A program made the translations under genes and the position numbers. Of a stretch of DNA of 64,000 nucleotides, positions 34,065 through 44,085 are shown piece after piece. The stretch is from positions 1,178,001 to 1,242,000 of the forward strand of contig CM052851.1 of NCBI GenBank assembly GCA_028534125.1. Reading direction: 5' to 3'. Under the pieces are notes generated by a model. It worked only from the letters and a program-made list of their open reading frames with translations, was not told the origin of the DNA and did no database searches. The stretch is from Lama glama (Eukaryota). Position 1 is the first letter of the stretch, and each line of letters begins with the position of its first letter.

Positions 34065-35544
34065 GATGAGTCCAGGCCTTCTGGGGAAGTCCTGGTGGGG
34101 AGGGGCACGTGGCGAGAGGGCCGCGTGACGGAATGCTTCAGGGCTGGCTCGGTGTTTGGAGCCTCCAGACTAGGCGAGGGGAGGGCGGGGCCTCACACAC
34201 TCAGGCCCCAACCCGGTCACCCCCAGACAGAGATGAAGGACAGGTGGGCGCTGGGCGGGGGCACGCAGGCCAAGGAGGCCGGGCCACTCAGCAGTTTGCT
34301 CAGACACTCGCTCAGAGACTCAAGGCTGGTTCCAGAACCCCAAACCAGTGCAAACGACTTAGTGCAAATTAATTCAGGAGGGACGGGGAAGCGGAGTCCT
34401 GGATGCTCTGGGTCCTCTGAGCAAAGGATAGAGGAGAGAAGAGTAGAAAAAAGTCAGAGAAAAGGATGAAGAGGAGGAAGGGAGGGTGCTGATGGTCTCC
34501 TGGACGTGGCGGGGTGGCCGCAAAGATGGAATTGCCGGGCGGGGGGTGGGTGCGGCCGCGGGTGCCGCTGGTTTGTCCGGTGTTGTGGGTCGTCTGTTCC
34601 TTTGGCTTGACCTGCAGGCAGAGACTGACATGAGGGTGGGGCAGGGCAGGCAGGCCAGGGGACCTCGGGCGGGTGCCTGCGCCCACCTTCCAGAGCTGGT
34701 TCCTGAGTCAAGTGGTGTAGTGGTTCCAGAATGCAGCATATTCTTGGATCAGAGCTAGAAGGACTTGAAGAAGTCCGGGTTCCAAGGCCCAGGCATGAGC
34801 TGGGTAGCACCATTTCTGCGGGTCGGGAGAGAGTGAACGCTCGTCTTTTGGCCCCACCCCTCCCTCCCCCGTGGGAGGCGGGGGGCCCCTCACCTTGTCG
34901 TCTTGAGGGTTCTGGGGTCTAGAGAGCAGCATAGTGTATTGGCTCCTTCAGGAAAGCAAAGGAACAGAGATGCTGGTGCCCAGCTCCCCGCGGGGCCAGC
35001 CAAGGATGTTCTGCGGGAAAGAAGACGGCGTGAGGGCCGGATGCGGCTCAGTCAGCCTGGGGGCCGTGGCCTGTACACACACTTACCAGGGAGGCTGGAC
35101 GGCGTCCTGTCTGTCCTCGCCGTCACGCCGGACCATATCATGTCCCTCTGAGCATGTCCTACCTACCGCCCGGCCTTCGGTGGCTGGCAGACACGTCCAC
35201 CCCTGCCGGAGACGTGACTGCGAAAACAGGAAGACGCTGGTTGAGTGGGCAGAGGCGGCGGTGGGGGTCGCGGGGGAGGCGGGCTGGACACTCACCCTCG
35301 TCTCCGGTCCGAGCGCAGAGGCACCGATCTCTGCTCCATCATCACCCGCAGAGGCCCGCTTGGCCACGGGCTCGGAGGCCAGTGCCCCCTGGCTCCCCAC
35401 CAGGCTCCGGCTCCTCACCCCCGCCTGCGCCCCAACCTCCCCCCCCCCGAGAACTCCCACTCACTCCGCCCCGCCCGCCTCGCCTAATCTGGTCTCGCCA
35501 GTGCCCTTGACTCCCCTGGGTGCTGTCCTGTCTACCATGCCAGT

Positions 35545-35613
35545 CCCAGAGGTGAGCGGTGAGGGCGTACAGTGTCCCCAAGTGCCGGGGGCCCTCCCGC
35601 ACCAGCCCCTGGG
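35545..35613 (-). ncRNA. MIR675: miR-675 precursor hairpin in H19 exon 1
   Basis: Minus strand reads CCCAGGGGCTGGTGCGGGAGGGCCCCCGGCACTTGGGGACACTGTACGCCCTCACCGCTCACCTCTGGG. The 5p seed GGUGCGG and the 3p GCCCUCACCGCUCA match miR-675. Confidence 0.92.
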
Positions 35614-36666
35614 CCGCAGTGCCTCGTGGGAACGGCGCGTCCGCAGGCCAGGCCCCCAGCAGCCTCCTTGCTGCGGGAATCTCTCAGGGGCCCACCCTGC
35701 GGCCACCGCTCCCTCCAGGTGACAACCCGCTGCGGTTCCCCGCGCACTGCTCCTTCTGTCCCTTTCTCCAGCCCTCGAGGCTCCGGCTCAGGCCGTGGGA
35801 GGCCTGGACGGAGCCGCTCCTGTACCTTCTCCTAAATGAATTGCAGTGGGTGAGGTGGCGGCTGGGGACCCTGCGGTCCTGAGTCCCCTGCCTCGTCCTG
35901 TCCGACCCGGGCCTGGAATGCCCCCGCAAGTGCTGGATCTCTGCGGCCCCCTGACACCTCCCTCGCTGGCAGCCCTTCCTCTTCTCCCCGCTACTCTCTC
36001 GAAATGCTCTTCCTGCCTGGGACGGCCTGCGGCCCCCAGCCTGCCTGGTCTCAGCTCCCCCTGAGACGGTGTCCCCTGTGCTGCCTGCCCTGCCATCATC
36101 CCCGCTCTGCCGGGCAGTCTCCCGCTTCACCTCGCCGGCCTTGCTCCCAGAGCCTCCTGGTGCAGAGGCCAGTGGAGCAAGGCCCAGGGAGGGGAAGGGG
36201 ACTCACCTGGCCCGGCAGACCGCTGTCTCCACCTGCCCACGGCTGCCAGCTACACCGCCACGGCCCCTGGCCCCGGGGCGCACCACTCTCCAACTGCCCC
36301 TGTCCACCAGCCGCCACGACCTGAAACCAGAATTGACCGGGATGAATGTCTGGCTCCCCCCTCTTCCTCCTGCACCCCCGGCTTGGGCCCCTCACTCTCC
36401 AGCCGATGCTATCCTGCCTCCTGGGCACCTGGGAGCCCGCACCTCGTCCCCACCAGGCTCCCAGGTGCCCGCCAGCCCTGCCCAAGCCAGCCCCTCAGCC
36501 CCTCTCCGCTCCTGCCAGACTCCAGATTCCAAGGTGATCCTTGGCCCACGCACACGTCCCTGCACCCCGCTTCCCCACGCTTCCCTGGTTACCCCTCGGC
36601 TCCCCCGCTTCCCCAGTTTCCCCCGAGCCCCCCCATCCCTCCCACCACCCCCCTCCCACACCCTGC

Positions 36667-36750
36667 TGCCTGGGCCCTAGCCCGGGCTTTTTCTAACTGG
36701 AGTAGCCCCGCCCAGAGTTCCCGCCCCTGCTCCGCCAGCCAATCAGAGCG
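36667..36750 (-). promoter_or_regulatory. H19 core promoter
   Basis: TATA-like TTAGAAAAA (36688-36696), GC boxes (36706-36713, 36720-36727), E2F-like GGCGGGAA and CCAAT (36739-36743). Matches the human CAGTTAGAAAAAGCCCGGGCTAG promoter sequence. Confidence 0.88.
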
Positions 36751-37722
36751 GGGACCGTGCTTGGGGCCACCACAAAGCCCACCTCCGCCGGCTCGGTCTA
36801 GCGCACGTTCCTCGCCTGTCCTGGAATTCTCCAAAGAGGGCCTTCCCCGCACCCCTCCTTTGGCATCCTGTACACAGGGCTTGGCATTGTCCCCAAGCCT
36901 CCCCTCCCCCCTTCCCCGGGTTGAAACGGTCATGTCCCCTCAGGGCGGACCGTGCCGTGCAGGCGGCTCCCCGCCCAGCCCCCACCGGGCGCACACTCTG
37001 CCCTTGGATGGAAGTCCTAGCTGGGGCCCCAGGGGCTCAAGTGAGACTTGGGGACGCCTTCTGCCACCACCACGGCTGAGACCGCATTTTACCCCAAGGT
37101 CCCAGGGTCCACGGAGAGGTCCCGCGGGGTGCGCTGGGGGGTCGGGGCTCAGGCTGGGCCCGAGAAAGTGCCCGAGGTCTGCCTGTGTCAGGCGGGCGCC
37201 AGCGCCCAGCTCCAGGACCGTCTAGTTGATGGTGCCTATCGCAAGCACAGCAGGTTTTATGTGGTGGGCTCCCCGTTGTGGCCGGGGCGCCTCGTCCCCT
37301 CGCCACCGCGGTCCGTCGTCTGGACGCGGCACCCCTGCCGTGTCCTGCAGCTCACGGGTGCGCTCTGGTGACAAGCCGTGCAGCCTCACAGCCCTGCCGT
37401 GGCCGCCCTATGCACCGCCGCCCGGAACACGCTGCCGTTCAGTCAGAACAAAGACCTGTGAGCTTCGAGCCCGCCCAGCTACCCCTGGATACCCCGTCCT
37501 TGGGGCGGTCACCTTGGCCTTGAGGGGGTGGGGGGAACTGGGACCCTACAGTCCAAAGGGCTGGGCCACCAAATCTAGGGTGCTGCTGCCATTGGGTGAG
37601 GTCACATCTAAACAAGGGACCTCGAGCTTTACAGGGTCCCCCGCACCTCGGAGAGAGCCTTGGGGAGACCCTGCTCCTGGGAAGCGCGTGAAGTGCTGCG
37701 TGTCCCCTGCCAAACCTGAGAG

Positions 37723-37886
37723 CCAGCTTTTGCCATGGGTGAACCCCCAAGTTTACAGTGGAAAACCCAGCCTTTGCTATGGGTGAACCCCACATTTACA
37801 TTCGGAAAACCCCAGGCTTTGCTATGAGTGGACCCCCAAACTTATTGTGGGAAAACCCAGCCTTTGTCATGGGAGGAGCCCCAAGC
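37723..37886. repeat. 44-45 bp tandem repeat, about 3.7 copies, between the H19 promoter and the ICR
   Basis: Units start at 37723, 37767, 37812 and 37857. Consensus is approximately CCAGCCTTTGCTATGGGTGAACCCCCAANTTTACANTGGAAAAC. Confidence 0.9.
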
Positions 37887-37965
37887 TGGGAAGAGGTAGA
37901 CCCCCACGTCTGGCCGTGAGCAGACCGCAGCCTCGGCCAACCTGGCAGTGATGTCCGAGCCTGCG

Positions 37966-37980
37966 CTGCCGCCTCGCGGC
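37966..37980 (-). promoter_or_regulatory. ICR CTCF site (proximal)
   Basis: GCCGCGAGGCGGCAG on the minus strand fits the CCGCNNGGNGGCAG H19 consensus. Confidence 0.92.
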
Positions 37981-38389
37981 CGCCTCTGGCCCCACACCCA
38001 CGGCTGCTTGGTGCCACTCGGTGCGAACGGCCTGTGGTACTGGCCCAAGGCGAGGAGAAGAGACCCCCACAATCCTCTTGCGCTCGGCAGGGCAGCACCC
38101 AATACCCTGCTGCTGGAGGCCCGTGGGAAGGGTCTCCCTCTGAAGCCGAATGCACGTAGCCCGAGGTGTGGGGAGGACTCATTGCTCCCAAGTGCCCCCT
38201 CTCCTCTCCGTAACTTCAACAGTGCAGCCGAGGGTGACTCAGATGGGGTGACCTGGGATGGCTCGGATGAGCGCCCCATCTTGCTGATGGTCCTTGTGAA
38301 CCACGCGGTATCCGGCCGGGTTGGACCCGGCACGCCGTGCAAGTGGATCCCGGTCACGGCCACCCAGGTCAGAGATGTCCGAGCCTGCA

Positions 38390-38404
38390 CTGCCGCCTGG
38401 CGGC
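38390..38404 (-). promoter_or_regulatory. ICR CTCF site (middle)
   Basis: GCCGCCAGGCGGCAG in the same repeat context (GATGTCCGAGCCTGC on +). Confidence 0.9.
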
Positions 38405-38921
38405 CACTTCTGTCTCCTCACCACAATTGCTCGGCACTGTTTGGGGGCGCGACCAGCTCACAGGGTGGCCCCTCGTGCAGGGGGCGGCTCCCAGGGCCCA
38501 GTACTGCCGGTGGCCTGTGCGGCAGGTGTCCCTCCGGAGCTTGGGCTGTGACTCTCGGGTCCCATCGTGTCCTCATCACTCCAGGACACGGGGCCCCACT
38601 ATTCCCGTATCCCCTCTCACCCCATGGCCTTGGACACACGGGGCCATGACCCTAGCGGCAGTGGGACCCACCCCCAGCAGCACATGGGCTCCAGGGCAGA
38701 CCCACGGTGCTCTATCTGGGAAACGCACCTCCACGGGCTCGTGAGGTCCCGGAGCACAGCGTGAGGAAGTGACTGGCCACAGAGCACGCTTGCCCGTCGA
38801 GATCCCCACCTTTAACGGTCCCTAGGCACTAGGGTGCCCCTGCACCCTACATTGGTGGCGGCACTTGCGCGAACCGCCGCCCTGCCGCGGCAGAACCCGG
38901 AGGCAGCGGCACGCCCAGATC

Positions 38922-38961
38922 TTTAGCATCTCAAACACCAGAACTGCATGGAGATGTTAAT
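38922..38961. promoter_or_regulatory. Dyad OCT4-type octamer element of the ICR
   Basis: TTTAGCAT (38922-38929) and ATGTTAAT (38954-38961) are inverted. The minus strand CATTAACATC...TTTGAGATGCTAAA resembles the human ICR A-repeat OCT element. Confidence 0.8.
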
Positions 38962-39293
38962 GACTGGCTGTTAGGGTCTGAGGTTCACACTGAAGGCAGA
39001 TTTGGGCTCAGTAAAAAGCCCGGAGTTCTGGAGGACCGCCTTTGGTGTGCCGCCGTCCTCGTACCTGGCAGGCGTGACGTGGGACCCACACCGCGGGACC
39101 TCAGACGGGGACCCATGGCTGAAGCTGCGATGTGGCCCGACCTGGGGACTGGGGTGGCTCGGACGAGTGCCTCATCTCTCTGATGACCCTCGTGGACCAC
39201 TGCGGTATCTGGCGTGAGCGGACCCGGGATGCCGCTAGCGTGGACCCCGGACGCTGTGTGGGCGAACCCCGGTCGATGATGTGTGAGCCAGCA

Positions 39294-39308
39294 CTGCCGC
39301 CTCGCGGC
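39294..39308 (-). promoter_or_regulatory. ICR CTCF site (distal)
   Basis: GCCGCGAGGCGGCAG, with flanks homologous to the other two repeats. Confidence 0.92.
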
Positions 39309-42294
39309 CGCTGCTGTCTTTACACAGACAACAACCCAGCACCTTTCAGAGGTGCAGTGGGCCAGTGGGGTTGGCCGAAGACCAAGGGGAGAGACCCTGA
39401 AATACTTTTGCATTGGGCAAGGCAGCCCCCAGGACCCCTGGGCTGCTGGAGTCCCTGTGGGAAGGGTTTCCTTCTGGACCTGGTCTCCTGTCCCTGGACT
39501 TCCATCCCCTGGGCTCCCAGCCAGGTTCACTCCAGGGCAAGGGGACCCCTTGTGCCTCCAAGCATCTGCTGTCACCTTACTGTTGACCCAGGTGACAGGG
39601 AGCCGAGTCAGGTCCCATCCCTGTGGTCAGGCTCCCTGTATTGCGTGGGCTCCTGGGCAGACCCAGAGCGCTCCTGTTGGTTCTGTCTGCTCGGGCCACA
39701 GCACCAGGACCCGGAAGTCCTCCCGGTTCAGATCCGCACTCTGCTCGTGCACCTCTTCTCTTTACTGACTCTCGGCTGGGGAGGATTTGGGGATATTTGG
39801 TGACAGCCCGTGACCTCAGGCTGTTTGCCTCCTGATGGGATATTTGCATTCTATGGACGGAGTGGAGGAGAGGTGGGCGGCAGCTTCCACTGCTGGAGAG
39901 GACTCCCTAGCGGAGGGATGGCCAGGGCTCCCCAGGGCTCCCAGCACCCGGGCCAGGTCTGGTCTTGGCTGCAGTAGAGTGGGTGGCTCGGGGCTGTGAT
40001 TCCCAGGCGGGACAGCACCAAGACGAGCTGGGTAGAGCCCCCGCCCAGGTGCCCAGAGCCTGCAGATGTGGGCGGGCCAGGGAGGCGGGCTGTCGTGGGC
40101 AGACCTCTTCTCCCACAGGCACTCTCGGCCCTTGTGCTGCGGGCATCTCCAGCCCTGCACGGCTTGACCGGCATCTCACTGCCTCAGCCTCCATCACCCC
40201 CACACCCCCAGGAGCAAGATGGAGAGCTCTCCGGAGACACAGCCCTAGGAAGGAACCCTGCCACACAGAACAAGGTCGCCTCCCAAGCGTCTGCCTGCTG
40301 CAACTCATGGGAGAGCCCGGCCCAGTAGCTGCGCCCCCCTCTGGCCCTCACCTGGGCACTGGGCCACCTAGGGCTACCACCTGACACTGTGCTGCTCCCG
40401 TCCAACTGCTCAGCCCTCAGAAAGGTACTCAGACGGCAGGCACCGCGCCCAGCCCCGGGGACACGGCGTGACTGCCTCGGCAGCTGGGCTGGGGTGCGCA
40501 GTGGGCTGTCCAGCCCTTCCGGGCAGGGTCAGCTCCAGGGCAGGTGCCCGCGGGAAGGGCTGCTGGCGTTTGGAAGCTAGAGGAAAGTGCTGGCTGGTGA
40601 CGTCTGAGAAGTCACTCTGCAGTCCCCTGCTGGCTTAAGACTGGGTGATGAGGGCCTCCCAACGCGAGTGACTAGAAAGGGTGTCAGAGCAATGCCCTTC
40701 CTCACCCACTGGGGTGAGGCCGGAGCACAGGGGGCGTCTTCGACGCTGATGCCCGGCAGGCACAGGGGTGACAAGTTGGGTCACCTTGCAGACTTCTCTG
40801 ACGAGCTGGGAATGACTCCCTGGAGTTCCAAGTGGGGGGCCCGGGGCTCCATTTAGGCCCACGAGGACATAAGGCCATGGTCACATGGGCTGTCCTGGAA
40901 GGAAACTGCAGAAGGCCCCACCCTGAGCCGGGCAGAGGTCCAGGAGCATCACTGCGTCCGGAGGGAGGCAGAGACAGGAGCACGACGGGGGACAGCCAGG
41001 CGCGGCAGAGCCTTCAGGGTAGGGTGATGAGCCGGTGTCACGTGCTGAGGACAGCCGAGGCTGCGGCGGGCAGCCCAGGTCCTGTGCCACGGAGAGTGCG
41101 GACCGGGGCGGCAGGGCACAGGCCGGCTGCCGTCACCCGTCTGTGCTCCTCGGCCCACGCCCGGCCCCTGCCAGCGCTTGTGCCCTGATCCCAGCCCATC
41201 AAACCCTTGGAGGCTCCAGTCGAAGAACTAACGCGTCCCCAGCCTCTGTCCCGGCAGCCCCACATGTGCCTCTAGGCCCCAAGCCCAGCCACTGTTCCCT
41301 CTACCTTGCCTCCCCCACGTTCCTTTCTTAGAGGTGGCCTCATCACCCTGTCCCTTGCTCTCTCCCAGCCTCCAAATCCAGTCAGTAAGAAGTTAGTCAC
41401 TTCTACCTCCATGAGCTGGTCCATCTCCCTGCCCTTCCCCTCCACCCTGCCAGCCCCAGGGCCAAATTCATCAGCAAGACTCAGTGATACCTCCACGGGG
41501 TACCAGTCTCCCACCAGGGTGCCAGCCCCCCGCCTGAGTGCCGTACAGCTTTCCACCAGACTAGCCTCCCACGCAGTGCCAGCCTCCTACCTGGGCATCA
41601 GTCTCTCGCCCAGGTGCCAGCCCCTCTTCTGGGTACCAACCTCCCACCCAGCGCTGTGTCCAGGCCCAGCCACACCAGCTGACCGTCCGCCATCGTCTGA
41701 ACCTGGATCTGCCACCTCCCCTGAACCCGGCCGGCACAGACTCTCCCCTCCCTCCCTGTGTGGCCCCCGTGTCCGGGTACAATCGTGTGGCCATCCTAAT
41801 GCCTCTGGGGGCCCTGGCTCCCGCCTCCTCCTCCTGCTGAAGAAACTGCTCTCCTCTTCCTCAGCTGCTGCAGGACAGGTCCTGGTCCTGGTGCCCGTTA
41901 GACCGAACAGCAGCCCCCCTCAGCCTCCTCGCTGCACACCTGGCCCCTCCTTCCTGCAGTGCCTCTGGGTAGCACACACATTTCACACTGGAAACTTTGA
42001 GAGCTTTTTTAAGCAAACCCAAGTCTTCTCATCTGACACTCAAAACCTCAGTGTGTGGGCGTCAGGTCACTCCCCTGCCCTCCCCAGAACTGCAGCGTCC
42101 CCTCTGCTCCCCAGACAGGGCTGGATGCCTCGGGCCCCACTCCGGGGGCGGCAGGGCTGAGGAGCAGGAGCCTGTTGGGTGAACCCCTTGGTATTTGTTC
42201 CAACCGCATACACCATGCACGGCTAATTGCCCCCCACTTCCTTACACACCCATCAAATCTGTTATTAGAAGCTTCTAGTTGCTGTATTGTTATG

Positions 42295-42360
42295 GTGTTA
42301 CACTTACCAGCCTCCCTTGCAGCTAGGTGTGCCCGTGGGACTGGTTCCTGACCTCAGGGA
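42295..42360. mobile_element. Probable ERVL LTR16-type fragment
   Basis: CCAGCCTCCCTTGCAGCTAGGTGTG is a hallmark of LTR16-family LTRs. Confidence 0.5.
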
Positions 42361-42437
42361 CGTGGCCATCCTCCCAGAGGTCCGGACCTCTGTGGCCCCT
42401 TCCCCCTGGCTCTGATGTGCATGGATAGTCAGACCCT

Positions 42438-42886
42438 GAAGTTCCCTGGGGCTGCTGTATCCAAGTCCCACAGACTGGGGGGCACTAGAATAACAGGAAT
42501 TTAATCATTCACAGTTCAAGAGGCCAGACGTCCAAGATCAGGGTGTCAGCAGCAGAGGTCCCCTCTGCGAGCTCTGAGGGAGAATCTGTTCCAGGCCCCT
42601 CCCCCAGCTTCTGGCCGTGACCCACGGCCCTTGGGGGTCTGTGGCTGGTGGCCACAGCACTCCCGTCTCTGCCCGGGCCTTCACGTGGCCTTCTCTCTGT
42701 GTCTGTGGTTCTCTTTTGACAAGGCGCCAGTCACACAGGCCGCAGGGCACTTCCTGCTCCAGGAGGACCCCGTCAGTGATCTCTGTCACGACCCTGTTTT
42801 CAAATCAGGTCCCATTCTGCAGTGCGGGGGTTAGGGCTCCGACCTCTGCATCCGGGCGAGGGAGAGGGACAGAATTCAGCCCACTG
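42438..42886 (-). mobile_element. ERVL-MaLR solo LTR (MLT1C/D-like)
   Basis: Contains GGCTGCTGTA..CCACAGACTGG, CACAGTTC..GAGGCCAGACGTCCAAGATCAGGGTGTCAGCAG and terminal GGGACAGAATTCAGCCC. Confidence 0.8.
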
Positions 42887-43674
42887 CACACCCAAGGTGG
42901 AGACCCTGTGTCAGGGGCAGAGCTGCCAGACTGGTGGCGGGCCTGTCACTCTCGGCCTCATGACCTCACCGCACAGGCAAGCCAGTTCGGCCGGCTCGGG
43001 GCCCCGCTCGTGTTCCTTGCTGCCCGGCTGCACCTCCATCCACTCTGATACTTGCCTGAGACCAGGCGCCGTGGGCACGCAGAGGTGGCCAGGCTCTGGG
43101 TGCGGGCGCAGGTGCAGGTGGGGAGCTCCGGGGGAGCTGAGCACAGACAGCATCCAGGCAGGGCTGCTGGGCTGGGAGGAGCCGGCGTGAGTCTGGGAGC
43201 CAGCGAGCAGGTGGACTAGGGACAAGGGAGCCGCACTGAGACCTGCTCCCCTTGTTTGTCTCAGGTTGCTCTGCTCTGGAGCTGAGGCTCTGCTGACAGC
43301 TGGAAAAGCTGTACGTTCTCACCTTGGGAGGGCACCTCTGCTGCCCAGCCTGGGTTGAGCGAGCTCACCCCGGGGAGGTTGGACACCCGAGCTGAGCGGC
43401 CGCATCCGTCGTGGCGCAGATCCCCTGGGGCCCTCCCCCAGGCTGCCAGCCCCACACCCCCGACCCTCCTCTTCCTCCCTCTGCGACCCACCCAGAGACC
43501 CACCGGACTCGGCTGTGAGGGGTAGGATCCCAACCCCAGCGGCTTCAGCTGGATCCCAGAACTGCGTCCCCCGGGTAGGTGTCCCTTGGCAGCCCTTGGC
43601 CCTGATGCCTGTTTATTCTTGCTTCTGGAGGGTTATCCAAGCAGCCCCAGGACAGCAGCCTTCCAGTGCAGCAC

Positions 43675-44085
43675 CTGTAATGCGCTGACGGTGGCCCCCC
43701 TAGAAGGTATGTCTCCGCTTCCACCCTCAGCCCTGTGAAGGAGGCCTCAGTGGGGAGAGTCCTCACAGCTGTAACGGCTTCTTCTGGATCGCCTCGGTGC
43801 GCCCTGAATCCAGTGACATGTGTCCTCAGAAGAGAAAGGCAGAGCGACACAGGGAGAGGAGGAGGACACTTGCAGAGGCCGGAGGGATGTGGCCACCAGC
43901 CGAGGGATGCCTGGGGCCCCCAGAAGCTGGAAGAGGCAGGAAGGACCCCTCTCCAAGCCTTTGGAGGGAGCCCCGCCCTGCCGCCTCCTTGACCTCAGGC
44001 CTCCGGCCTCCAGGACTGAGAGAGAAGGAGGGCCGGTTGTGGAAGTCACCCAGTGTGTGGCCACGTGCATAGCTGCCCCAGGAGC
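43675..44085 (+). mobile_element. ERVL-MaLR solo LTR (MLT1C-like)
   Basis: Contains GCCCTGAATCCAGTGAC..GTGTCCT, CCAGAAGCTGGAAGAGGCAGGAAGGA and GGCCTCCAGGACTGAGAGAGAA. Confidence 0.8.

Larger units (their letters stand above)
34045..36666 (-). ncRNA. H19: H19 imprinted, maternally expressed lncRNA. Exons approx. 36666-35296, 35217-35087, 35010-34894, 34815-34687, 34611-34045
   Basis: Recognisable H19 sequence throughout: 5' GGGTGTGGGAGGGGGG, exon 4 start AAATGGTGCTACCCAGCTCA, exon 5 TTTGCACTAAGTC. Four tiny GT-AG introns of 78, 76, 78 and 75 bp. Contains miR-675 and a 3' AATAAA, and is syntenic with MRPL23. TSS and 3' end are approximate. Confidence 0.97.
37900..39480. promoter_or_regulatory. 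H19/IGF2 imprinting control region (ICR1, paternally methylated germline DMR and insulator)
   Basis: CpG-rich and 1.3-2.8 kb upstream of H19. Three diverged B-type repeats each carry the H19-type CTCF site. Dyad octamer and many TGCCGC motifs are present. Confidence 0.93.

Noticed and set aside
32490-34370. 13-bp inverted match AATTTGCACTAAG between H19 exon 5 and downstream DNA
   Set aside because: One partner lies beyond the poly(A) site, and 13-mer matches are expected by chance in 64 kb.
34934-35722. 262-aa ORF antisense to H19 (HOTS-like?)
   Set aside because: It starts at GTG and has no recognisable homology. HOTS is reported as primate-specific, and such ORFs arise by chance at this GC content.
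37723-37886. CRISPR-like array
   Set aside because: Head-to-tail diverged units without unique spacers, in a mammalian locus with no cas genes.
37948-39803. Repeated peptide motif (M-S/C-EPALPP-R/G-G) in three ORFs
   Set aside because: It is simply the translation of the ICR CTCF repeat and is not evidence of coding.
41330-41700. Possible L2 internal fragment
   Set aside because: The resemblance is too weak to call without a profile search.
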